A stretch of 64,000 bases of DNA from an uncultured Candidatus Saccharibacteria bacterium (GTDB lineage: Bacteria > Patescibacteriota > Minisyncoccia > UBA6257 > UBA9933): assembly GCA_964453135.1 (NCBI GenBank), contig CAYVOL010000001.1, forward strand, positions 88,895-152,894. Reading direction: 5' to 3'. This document shows, in pieces, positions 18,832-27,215 of the stretch (the first letter of the stretch is position 1; every line of letters starts with the position of its first letter). Under the pieces are notes generated by a model, which was not told the origin of the DNA, made no database searches, and saw only the letters and a list, made by a program, of their open reading frames with translations. A program made the translations under genes and the position numbers.

Positions 18832-19254
18832 CTAATTCATGGCGCAAATAATGAAAGGGTCCCGCTTCTCATGGAGCGAGAGCCAGCGTAGCATAAGCAC
18901 GCGGGAAGCAAACAATCTTTCTAGGAAATCTCGTATTGAAAACTGCGGATGCGAATCGCCGATATCTTTTGAGCGCATGCTGGAAAACAACACAAGTACG
19001 AACATGGCAAGCAGAAAGCCGATAAACGGAAACGGCCGGAGCGCAGCAATGAACAAGCCCTGAATAGCTCTAATGTGGTATTTTAGGTGTTCAAACGGCG
19101 TCACAGCCGTTGCACAATTGGTATTCTCAATGGCGCCGATGCAGGCAGGCGAATGACCTTGATTGCGAGTCATGGTGTAAGCCCCAAAAATTGCAGCTCC
19201 CACGAGAGCGATGAAGAGTGCGGCTGATATAATTGTTTTAAGCGTGATTCTCAT
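18832..19254 (-). CDS. Two-TM Cys/His hypothetical protein, candidate regulatory leader
   Basis: Starts 1 nt after the csoR stop; HSPAC-x8-C...H-x3-H loop; C-terminal RWLSLHEKRDP. Confidence 0.7.
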   Translation of the reverse strand: MRITLKTIISAALFIALVGAAIFGAYTMTRNQGHSPACIGAIENTNCATAVTPFEHLKYHIRAIQGLFIAALRPFPFIGFLLAMFVLVLFSSMRSKDIGDSHPQFSIRDFLERLFASRVLMLRWLSLHEKRDPFIICAMN

Positions 19255-19255
19255 A

Positions 19256-19525
19256 TTATCTTCGCTGCGCCGAATGATAGACTTTGAGAATTTCATCGGT
19301 CGCTTTTTTCCCTTGACCCGACTTCATCTGCATCGCGACATGCGTTGACAAATGGTTTTGCAAAAGAAGTCCGTCAATGCCTGAAAGCGCCTGCTTAATC
19401 GCGGATGATTGTGTGATAACATCAATGCAGTATTTGTCTTCGCGGATCATCTTCTCAAGGCCGGCCAACTGGCCCTTCACGATCTGAAGGCGACGAAGAG
19501 CTTTTTTCTTCAAGACTGTTTCCAT
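19256..19525 (-). CDS. csoR: CsoR/RcnR-family metal-sensing repressor
   Basis: RRLQIVKGQLAGLEKMI, YCIDVITQ, NHLSTHV. Confidence 0.9.
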   Translation of the reverse strand: METVLKKKALRRLQIVKGQLAGLEKMIREDKYCIDVITQSSAIKQALSGIDGLLLQNHLSTHVAMQMKSGQGKKATDEILKVYHSAQRR

Positions 19526-19531
19526 GCTGGT

Positions 19532-19561
19532 AGTATACCCCCATAGGGTATTTGCTGTCAA
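19532..19561 (-). promoter_or_regulatory. csoR promoter with CsoR operator; probably leaderless mRNA
   Basis: TTGACA-18 nt-TATACT-6 nt-ATG; operator ATACCC-TATGG-GGGTAT. Confidence 0.85.
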
Positions 19562-19606
19562 GCACTCCCGTGGATAACCCAAAATCCAAAGTAAATATAT
19601 TTTTGT

Positions 19607-20272
19607 TCATAATTCTATAAAATCTTTTATCACTTGCTCATTAAAGGTAGTAAAAATTTTGATTCTGCCAAGTTTTGTGAGGATGATTTCGCCGTCGTAG
19701 TCGTTGGGGGCTAGATATACATTGTCAGGATACTTCTTTACGAGTGCGGTAAGCTGCTGGATCAAATTCGGATCACATTGATACTTCTTACAATTATATT
19801 GAATCAGCACGCCGGGCTTTCCTTTACCGTCGGCATGCTCAAGCATGTGCCGCTGAATTGCGTCCGGAAGCGACGTGGCGGAAATGTGAGCATTTGGCGA
19901 CTCTTCAATATGCCCCTGCACATCGGTGGGCGGCAAGTTCGGCCGGGTTGAAAGATACCAGATCCCGAACGCGGCGATGCCAGCGAAAATTGCGGTATAG
20001 CTGACGCGCTTTGCAAAACGAATAAATGCACGTCGACGCTCCTCTCCTACGTGTAGAATGTTCTTCGCTTTACGCGCGGATGATTTTTCTGAGTTCTTCG
20101 CGGCGGAAACGACGAACTGATCGATTGCATGCTTGATAATTTCGATATTGCAGGTCTTATGCTCCTTGCACCACGCTTCGCACTGCTCCGCAATCGCTTT
20201 TTTCGCGTAGATGAGCTTGCACTCGCCGCATTGATGGTAAGTGCCGCCGCTTTTTTGAATGACGTTGGTCAT
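19607..20272 (-). CDS. Cys-rich N-terminal domain + TM + DUF3105-like domain
   Basis: CGEC...CEAWCKEHKTC; HMLEH...VLIQYNC. Confidence 0.7.
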   Translation of the reverse strand: MTNVIQKSGGTYHQCGECKLIYAKKAIAEQCEAWCKEHKTCNIEIIKHAIDQFVVSAAKNSEKSSARKAKNILHVGEERRRAFIRFAKRVSYTAIFAGIAAFGIWYLSTRPNLPPTDVQGHIEESPNAHISATSLPDAIQRHMLEHADGKGKPGVLIQYNCKKYQCDPNLIQQLTALVKKYPDNVYLAPNDYDGEIILTKLGRIKIFTTFNEQVIKDFIEL

Positions 20273-20302
20273 ATAATTTTATTCGTGGCGATTTAATATG
20301 AA

Positions 20303-20860
20303 TTATGGCGCACACACTAACGGATCGGCAATTTTCTTCGCTATGGCCCCGATGGCAATAAACAACAAAATTATGCCAAGCAGTCCAAATTCTCCTCCTC
20401 GAAGAGGAAGGGTTGCGATTGCTCCTGATGCGCCGAGAAGCGAGAGCGCGCCAGTCGCAATGACCGATCCGCACGCAGCACAACCGATCCCCAATATGCC
20501 GCTTATCATGCCGCCCGCGCCGAAGACGACTCTGCTTTTGGCCACCTCGAATCTTCGTGAAAAATAGTAAGCGACCATCGCGGCATATATTCCGAAGAGC
20601 GCGGCAATCACAATCGTGTACGCCGCGGAGAATATTGAGAAGTTGGTGCTGATTCCGCCAAGAAGATTTATAGGCAGCTGAACGCGCAAGATCCATGGCG
20701 CATTTCCATCTTGAAGCGTATGGTAGATCAACCCGAAATTCGGAAGCCATACTGCGAATGTGAAAACTGAGACGCTCACCGCAAACGCAAGAACAATATA
20801 GCGGATTTTCGAGAAAACCTGCTTGAAAGCGAAAAAGGTTGTTTTTGCGTAACGTGCCAT
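20303..20860 (-). CDS. Membrane protein with CAAC motif
   Basis: GIGCAACGS within a hydrophobic segment; about 4 TM helices. Confidence 0.75.
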   Translation of the reverse strand: MARYAKTTFFAFKQVFSKIRYIVLAFAVSVSVFTFAVWLPNFGLIYHTLQDGNAPWILRVQLPINLLGGISTNFSIFSAAYTIVIAALFGIYAAMVAYYFSRRFEVAKSRVVFGAGGMISGILGIGCAACGSVIATGALSLLGASGAIATLPLRGGEFGLLGIILLFIAIGAIAKKIADPLVCAP

Positions 20861-20867
20861 AATTCAA

Positions 20868-21635
20868 CTATTTTTTCTGAAGAGCGATATCAATGACCGA
20901 TTTGAATACCGAATACGGCTGAGCGCCTTGTACCAACTGGCCGTTGATATAACTGGTGGGCGTGGAATTCACTCCAATTGCGCTTGCTGCATCCCGATCT
21001 TTTTGAACTTGTGAAACATGTTTATTGCCGTCATAGCAGCTCGTAAATGCGTTCACATCGAGCCCTGCCTTTCCGGCCAAACTCACAAAGAGCGTGCGAT
21101 TAAGATTTCCGCTGTTTTCTTTCCCGTCAGCAATTTCGGCCTTATACAATTCATCGTGGTATGCCCAAAATTTTCCCTGGTCTTTGGCACATTCCGCGGC
21201 CGCTCCGGCATTTGTCGATTCCTGCCCGAGAAACTGGAAGTTGCGGAAGACCATTTTTACTTTGCCGATCTTGATATACTCGTCGCGAAGCTGCGGCTCG
21301 ACTTGACTAAACATGCGGCCGCAGAACGGACATTGATAGTCGCCGTATTCAATAAGCGTGACCGGCGCGTTTTGATCGCCCAAAATGACATCACGCCCGC
21401 CGATTTTAAGCGCCTCAGCGAGATTTGCAGATGGCGTCGGCTGATTATTGCCAACTGCCACTTGCTGCGGCGCGCTCCCGCCTGTTGATTTTCCTGCAGA
21501 GTAAATAACCGATCCGGCAATCAAAACGCCGGCGATGAGAATCGAGGCAGACAGCATAAAGCTGTTCGATTGTCTGGATTTTTCTTCTACGATTTGTTCT
21601 TCTTTTTGTTCGTGATGCTTGTGGTGTTCGTGCAT
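20868..21635 (-). CDS. DsbA-family (Thioredoxin_4) oxidoreductase, membrane-anchored
   Basis: GDQNAPVTLIEYGDYQCPFC, GVNSTPT; His-rich N-terminus. Confidence 0.9.
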   Translation of the reverse strand: MHEHHKHHEQKEEQIVEEKSRQSNSFMLSASILIAGVLIAGSVIYSAGKSTGGSAPQQVAVGNNQPTPSANLAEALKIGGRDVILGDQNAPVTLIEYGDYQCPFCGRMFSQVEPQLRDEYIKIGKVKMVFRNFQFLGQESTNAGAAAECAKDQGKFWAYHDELYKAEIADGKENSGNLNRTLFVSLAGKAGLDVNAFTSCYDGNKHVSQVQKDRDAASAIGVNSTPTSYINGQLVQGAQPYSVFKSVIDIALQKK

Positions 21636-21717
21636 GGTTTTGAATAATTAATGGTTGATGAATTCGTAAACAGCAGCCGCTTTGCGGTTGCCAAAACAAA
21701 ACGCAACCGATGGGCGG

Positions 21718-22101
21718 CTAAACAGAAAAGGCTACGCCGTAAATTTTAGGATGGATGATGCCCTGACTAAATGCCTTGGTTAGGTAATCAAAGATTTTTG
21801 GAATAAGCGCTCGAATTGAAAACGAACCTGATGGTGCAGCATTGTTTTTAACTGCTGATTTTGCAATCGATTGTGGATATGGAAAAACGAGCGATAAAAG
21901 GACGAAAGGTAAGAAGCTAAAAAATATCCAGTTTTGGTTCTGTAGCGGAAGCGCGCTCAAAAAATTCAACATGCTGCACCCCTGCGCTATGCGGTGCATG
22001 GGATCCACATTTGGCATGCCGCAAATCACGGCGGCCATCATCACAATAACGATTACCGGGTATACAATAATGCTGCTTCGGGGGGGTGACAAAAAAATCA
22101 T
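21718..22101 (-). CDS. Two-TM Cys/Met/His hypothetical protein, candidate regulatory leader
   Basis: TTGATT-17-TATATT-7 nt-ATG(22101); CGMPNVDPMHRIAQGC loop; C-terminal FSQGIIHPKIY. Confidence 0.6.
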   Translation of the reverse strand: MIFLSPPRSSIIVYPVIVIVMMAAVICGMPNVDPMHRIAQGCSMLNFLSALPLQNQNWIFFSFLPFVLLSLVFPYPQSIAKSAVKNNAAPSGSFSIRALIPKIFDYLTKAFSQGIIHPKIYGVAFSV

Positions 22102-22357
22102 ATTTATCAATATACCTGTAAATTTGTCACTAATCAATTTCCCCTCTCATCACTTTTCTATCCCTTAAAATTAGATTGTCTTAGATAGATATTATCAGCT
22201 CCCTTTTCTCGCCTGATAATCCTTTGTCCTGCCAGAACCAGAATATATATAGTATTTGATGCCGAGACCAGAAAGCTTTTTTAGTCCAAGCTGACTCTCC
22301 AGAAACGTTTGTGGGGCTTGTATGGATTAGGTACCGTGGAGAATGCAGTAAATTATA

Positions 22358-22382
22358 CAAAACCCCCGCAAGCGCGGGGGTT
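22358..22382 (-). terminator. Intrinsic terminator
   Basis: AACCCCCGC/GCGGGGGTT stem with a T-run on the minus strand. Confidence 0.7.
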
Positions 22383-22414
22383 GAGAGCATGCTTGTCCTA
22401 TCCTATGTCCTATC

Positions 22415-22972
22415 CTATTGTCCTAATTGGGCCTGCAATCTTTTTATTAGATCTTGAAGCTCCTGGATCCGTTGCTGGATTTTAGCGGCATTGAACGCGC
22501 TGTCCTTTCTTTGTTTCGCGAAAATATCATTGACGCGCGAAATGGTAATTACCCTTGTCGTTTGGTTGAAATTACCGGAAAGCATAATCTTGTCGCCTGC
22601 TCTAATATCATTGACAGTTATATCGCCAAGGAAAGCCGCTCCGGCAAGGCTGACGTCTTTGCTGAATCCAAACAAACTCACGTTCAGCATATTGGTAGAC
22701 GTAGAGACAGAATTGACAACAACTCCATTCGCCTTAAAATCGCCTTTGAAATTCACGGACAACGATTCTCCGGCAACATTCCCTTCAATGACGCCGCGTC
22801 CTCCATCTTCAACTTTTTTCAATAAATTTCCGACACCCAGCATAACTCCTTGTCCATTGTTATTTTTGTTGTCTTCATCTCTGGCAGAAGCATTCCTTCC
22901 CGCTACGGAGAACGCCGCAGCCACCACAACAATCATCGCGGAAGCTAAAAAGATTTTAATGATTTTGCTCAT
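22415..22972 (-). CDS. Secreted hypothetical protein (DUF5666-like beta domain, coiled-coil tail)
   Basis: Signal peptide; DIRAGDKIMLSG; IQELQDLIKRLQAQL. Confidence 0.7.
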   Translation of the reverse strand: MSKIIKIFLASAMIVVVAAAFSVAGRNASARDEDNKNNNGQGVMLGVGNLLKKVEDGGRGVIEGNVAGESLSVNFKGDFKANGVVVNSVSTSTNMLNVSLFGFSKDVSLAGAAFLGDITVNDIRAGDKIMLSGNFNQTTRVITISRVNDIFAKQRKDSAFNAAKIQQRIQELQDLIKRLQAQLGQ

Positions 22973-23152
22973 ATTCTTGTTTTAGATTGGTTATTGCGTC
23001 GACCTTTGCTTAAATATACGGCAGACTGGCTTATGTTGTTACAGGTATGTCAGCATCGCCGATAAATCATATTGGCTCTAATGCTGTCAAAAGCGCGGAT
23101 CTATGCGGTCCACGATATACCCGCTGAATGTCTCATCCGACAAAAGAACTGC

Positions 23153-24994
23153 TCAAACAAATCCCTTTCTTGCTTTTTTTTCGTCGTTTTCTTTGAGCCA
23201 ATATTTTCGCAAGCGGATAGATTTGGGAGTTATTTCCACAAGCTCGTCGTCGTCAATGAACTCGATTGCTTCCTCAAGCGTCGGAGTGTGCATAGCTTTT
23301 AAAAATTCCATGGCGCCGTCGGACTTCGCTCGCATATTAGAAAGCTGTTTTTCTTTGCAGACATTCACGCGGATGTCATTTTCCCTGGCGTTCTCGCCGA
23401 CAATCTGCCCTTCGTAGACATTCACGCCGGGACCGAAAAAAAGTTCTCCCCTGCCTTCGGCTATAAGAAGCCCGTAGGTTCTTGTCGTGCCGGTCTCCGA
23501 TGCCACAAGCGAACCGCGCGGATTTGATTCAAAATCGCCCTTATATTCTTCGTATTTTTCAAAAAGAGAGTTGATGATTCCCTGCCCTTTCGTCCGCGTC
23601 AAAAATCTGTTGCGAAAACCTATTAACCCCCGCGTCGGAACCAGAAATTCCAAGAATGCCGTTCCTTTTTCCGTTCTCATTTCAACCATAATTCCCTTGC
23701 GCTGGCCAAGTTCGCTCACGACCGTTCCAGTAAATTGTTCGGGAACTTCTATGGAAGCGCGCTCAATCGGCTCGAGTTTTTTTCCGCCTCCTTCCGGCGG
23801 ATCGCGAAAAATGACCTGCGGGCGGGAAACCTGAAATTCGTATCCCTCGCGCCTCATTTTTTCAATAAGAATGGCGAGGTGCAGTTCGCCGCGCCCGGAA
23901 ACGACCCAAGCGTCCGCGGCTCCGGACACCGGCTCCACGCGCAAGGCCACATCCGTGTCAAGTTCGCGCATAAAACGCTCGTTCAAATTCCTTGATGTTC
24001 CCAGTTTTCCCTCCTGCCCCGAAAAAGGCGACGTGTTCACGGAAAAAACCATCTTGATCGTCGGCTTTTCAATATCTATCGTGGGCAGCGCAACCGGATT
24101 TTCCAGATCGGCGATAGTCTCGCCAATAGAGATATCCGGAATTCCCGCGACGGCAACAATATCTCCGGGCATGGCGGCCTCTGTTTCAATCCTTGTTAAT
24201 CCGTCGAAAGTCATAACGGAAGTAAGGGTCGCTTTTTTCGCAATGCCCGATCGATTTATATGCGCCACCTCCATTCCTTTTTTGAGTATTCCTGAATAAA
24301 GACGGCCTACGGCGATCTTTCCTTTGTAATTGTCGTAGGCAAGATTAACAGTCAGCATCTTGAGGGAACCGGCGCCTACTTCCGGATCTGGAATGTTGTT
24401 GACTATCGCATCAAATAAAGGAGTGATGTCTGTCATTCTGTTCAAGTCGCGATCATAACCGGCCTTGCCGGCAACGCCGGAAGCGTAAACAACTGGGAAG
24501 TCCGCCTGCTCCTCGGAGGCACCTAACTCCATGAAAAGATCCAACGTGCGGTCCAGCGCCCAAAGCGGCCGTACTTCCGGCTTGTCTATCTTATTGATGA
24601 CCACGATTATTTTGTGGCCGGCCTTGATGGCGTTTTTCAAAACGAATTTTGTCTGCGGCATAGGGCCCTCCTTGGCGTCAACCAAGAGCAAGGCGCCGTC
24701 AACCATGCGCATAATCCGCTCCACTTCGCCGCCGAAATCGGCGTGCCCGGGCGTATCCACAATATTTATCTTTGTTTCGCCGTACATTACGGAAGCGTTC
24801 TTGGAAAAAATAGTGATGCCGCGCTCTCGTTCAAGCTCGTTGGAATCCATTATCAACGTTTCATTTTGCAGTTTTCCGCCAAGGGCGGAGCCGCCCTTGG
24901 CGGAAAAACCGCGCGACTGCTTCAAAAGCGCGTCAACAAGAGTGGTCTTTCCGTGATCCACATGCGCAATGATGGCGATGTTTTTTAGTTTCAT
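23153..24994 (-). CDS. typA: Translational GTPase TypA/BipA
   Basis: AHVDHGKTTLVD, DTPGHADFGGEVER, GRGELHL, PTRGLIG, ELVEITPKSIRLRK. Confidence 0.98.
   Translation of the reverse strand: MKLKNIAIIAHVDHGKTTLVDALLKQSRGFSAKGGSALGGKLQNETLIMDSNELERERGITIFSKNASVMYGETKINIVDTPGHADFGGEVERIMRMVDGALLLVDAKEGPMPQTKFVLKNAIKAGHKIIVVINKIDKPEVRPLWALDRTLDLFMELGASEEQADFPVVYASGVAGKAGYDRDLNRMTDITPLFDAIVNNIPDPEVGAGSLKMLTVNLAYDNYKGKIAVGRLYSGILKKGMEVAHINRSGIAKKATLTSVMTFDGLTRIETEAAMPGDIVAVAGIPDISIGETIADLENPVALPTIDIEKPTIKMVFSVNTSPFSGQEGKLGTSRNLNERFMRELDTDVALRVEPVSGAADAWVVSGRGELHLAILIEKMRREGYEFQVSRPQVIFRDPPEGGGKKLEPIERASIEVPEQFTGTVVSELGQRKGIMVEMRTEKGTAFLEFLVPTRGLIGFRNRFLTRTKGQGIINSLFEKYEEYKGDFESNPRGSLVASETGTTRTYGLLIAEGRGELFFGPGVNVYEGQIVGENARENDIRVNVCKEKQLSNMRAKSDGAMEFLKAMHTPTLEEAIEFIDDDELVEITPKSIRLRKYWLKENDEKKARKGFV
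24872..24907. repeat. Perfect palindrome inserted in-frame in typA
   Basis: TTTTCCGCCAAGGGCGG-AG-CCGCCCTTGGCGGAAAA, encoding FSAKGGSALGGK. Confidence 0.85.
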
Positions 24995-25232
24995 TTGAAA
25001 TAATAAAGACCCGCGCAGAGGGGTCAGAGAACTAATTTATACCACAACATTTTTTGCGGCGCAATATTTTATTCTTTAGATTCCGGTGAGCAAATTGTTA
25101 ATATTGTTTTTCAATATCAAAAAAGCCAAAAAGGCCTCTTAGTAAAAACGGAAAATACCCATCAGGCCATAGAATGCTTGGGTTTCGATTTAAAAAATAA
25201 ATTTTATCGGTCTCTGATTCCGATTGAAGACG

Positions 25233-25883
25233 CTATTTCTCCTGATAATCTTCCCTGAAAAATTTCTGGGCGATATGAAAAATTCCGTAAGTGATGAAGA
25301 AAGCGGAAAAAACGTCAATGGTGTAATGAAGATGGCCGAGAAGAACCGCTCCCGCGGCGACGAAAGAAGAAAGGAAAAAAATGTAGCGCAAAATTTTATT
25401 TTCCCAAAATATCAAAGCCATCAAAAACGGCATGCCGGTGTGGCCGGAAAAAAATAAATCAGTTCCTCCGGTGAAGTATTCAAAATGCAAAGAGCCGTCC
25501 AGCAATCGCGTTTTAATATGGTCGGGGTAGGGCGCGAGAGGCGTCATAATGACAAAAAGAGCGCGAACAGCGACAAACAAAGAAATGCTTTTAAGGGCAA
25601 AGGGGATTTTCTCCGGATATAAAACAGCGAGAACAAGCAGAAAAACAATAAACAAAATCGTTCCGCCGCTGAAAACAATATCGGTGTTAATCACAGGCAA
25701 ATTTTGAAGAATAATGTCAAAGGTCGTGCTCCCTTCCTCTCTGCTTAAATAATTGATAGCGCCGTAATTAATCAAAAAACTGGCGGCAAGAAAAACCAAC
25801 CCCAAAGCAGTAGATAAAACAAAACTTTTGTCCAGCCAAAGATTTCTGTGTTGGCTGATTATTTTTTTCGCGCGGTTGTGCAT
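25233..25883 (-). CDS. PAP2 / sphingomyelin-synthase-like membrane phosphatase or phosphotransferase
   Basis: DLFFSGHT and HYTIDV motifs; about 6 TM helices. Confidence 0.8.
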   Translation of the reverse strand: MHNRAKKIISQHRNLWLDKSFVLSTALGLVFLAASFLINYGAINYLSREEGSTTFDIILQNLPVINTDIVFSGGTILFIVFLLVLAVLYPEKIPFALKSISLFVAVRALFVIMTPLAPYPDHIKTRLLDGSLHFEYFTGGTDLFFSGHTGMPFLMALIFWENKILRYIFFLSSFVAAGAVLLGHLHYTIDVFSAFFITYGIFHIAQKFFREDYQEK

Positions 25884-25991
25884 ATTTTATAAAAATAATT
25901 CAAAATGTAATAAATCTGAGCGTTATTTACATTTCAAAACATTGACCATTTGCGTTCTCGACGGCCTCCTCTGTCATTCTTCCCGACCTTC

Positions 25992-26101
25992 TGTCATTCT
26001 GAATCCGCCAGCCGGCGGAGAAGAATCTCCTTGATTCAACCGGAAAGCTTGCTACTTCGGAACGAGATCCTTCGTCCGCCAACTGGCGGACTCAGGATGA
26101 C
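25992..26101. repeat. REP-like palindromic element (GTCATTCTGA...TCAGGATGAC family)
   Basis: Two inverted half-units with inner CCGCC-N4-GGCGG hairpins. Confidence 0.85.
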
Positions 26102-26164
26102 GCAAACGATTATAATGACAATTAGAACGGGAGACAATATATATCCGCGGTTTCTAATCGCCGT

Positions 26165-27214
26165 CTATCGGCGCAGTTTCTGAAACGCCCGGTAAACTTC
26201 GTCAACCGTAATTCGGGAAATGAAACTATTTTGGGAAGAAAAAAATAATTGCCCCAATCCCCGGCCATTGGTTTTATCAATGGAAGCGCCCAAAGAATTG
26301 ATATGAAAATGAGGCCCGGCGCCGAAAATAGTTATTCCTTTCAATCCGGCAAGATACGCCAGATTGCTCGGCCCGCTGTCTACGCCGATAAAGTAATCGG
26401 CGTTTTTGAAAACAACAAGCAATTCGGGAATGTCTATCTTATTAATCAGAGAATGAACCACGAAGCTCAGCGAGGAATAAATGCGCTCGTAATTTTTTAA
26501 ATCTTTTTCTCCGCCGACAAAAATAAATTGAAAATTTCCCGACTGATTTATTTTTTCCAACAGCTCAATCCATTTTTTATTATCCCAGCGCTTCATCGGC
26601 CAATTTGCCCAAGTATGAATAATGATTTTCTTTTTCTTGCTTTTGAAAATCTCATGGAAAACCTCTTGGGATAAAACCTGGTAATCGCTTTTCTGAAACT
26701 GAAAAATGTCGTCAAGGGAAACACTGATATCTCTTTTAAGCAGAAATTCGCAGTTAAAAGTTCTTCAGGTTTTGGGCTGACTTCTAAATAATAAATTTTT
26801 TGTCAAATGAGCGACATATTTTAGCCCCGCGAACAAAGTAGTTTTAATCTCGCCCGCCGATATATTTCTTACTATTCTATACGCCCCTTTGTTCATTCTC
26901 ATTATAATTATTTTTTCGTACGGTTCAAAATTTTTCTTTTCATTTATTTTTTCCACGACAAACACTTCATTGACCCCTTTTAATCTTTCTGCCAGAGATT
27001 TCAACGCGGGCGAAACTAAAAGATCAACTTTTTTGTCTTTATTTTCAGCGATGAAAAAAGAAAGCGCCGCGGCAGCCGACGCGAATTCGCCGATAAGGCA
27101 AGGAATGACGATTAAAATTTTGTTGTTTTTATAATCGCGCGTTCTTTTTGTCAGCTCAATGATGCCGCCCAGGGCCGCCTCCTGCCAGATGTTAAAATAC
27201 TCGCGATTGAACAT
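26165..27214 (-). pseudogene. Glycosyltransferase family 9 interrupted by one in-frame TGA at 26765-26767
   Basis: Both ORFs are in the same frame and joined by 56 open codons; IPCLIGE, KRW and FIGVDSGP motifs. Confidence 0.8.
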
Positions 27215-27215
27215 T

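Larger units (their letters stand above)
9051..22140. mobile_element. Putative genomic island carrying copper/thiol-redox genes, downstream of tRNA-Gln
   Basis: Begins at a tRNA 3' end; visibly GC-richer; about 22 co-oriented metal/redox genes. No integrase or att repeat seen, so the right boundary is uncertain. Confidence 0.55.

Noticed and set aside
9523-21520. Numerous long antisense or alternate-frame ORFs in the island (e.g. 9523..10179, 11206..11898, 20157..20867)
   Set aside because: Shadows of GC-rich real genes, with no motifs or start signals
22394-22425. 12-bp tandem duplication TGTCCTATCCTA at a stop codon
   Set aside because: Local slippage with no effect on the protein
9030-23150. 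attR copy of the tRNA-Gln 3' end closing the island
   Set aside because: No repeat of CCCTGCCCGGCAG was found by eye, so the right boundary remains unsupported
26765-26767. Genetic code 25 or 4, or selenocysteine recoding
   Set aside because: Long genes are uninterrupted under code 11 and several end in TGA; the context is not a redox motif
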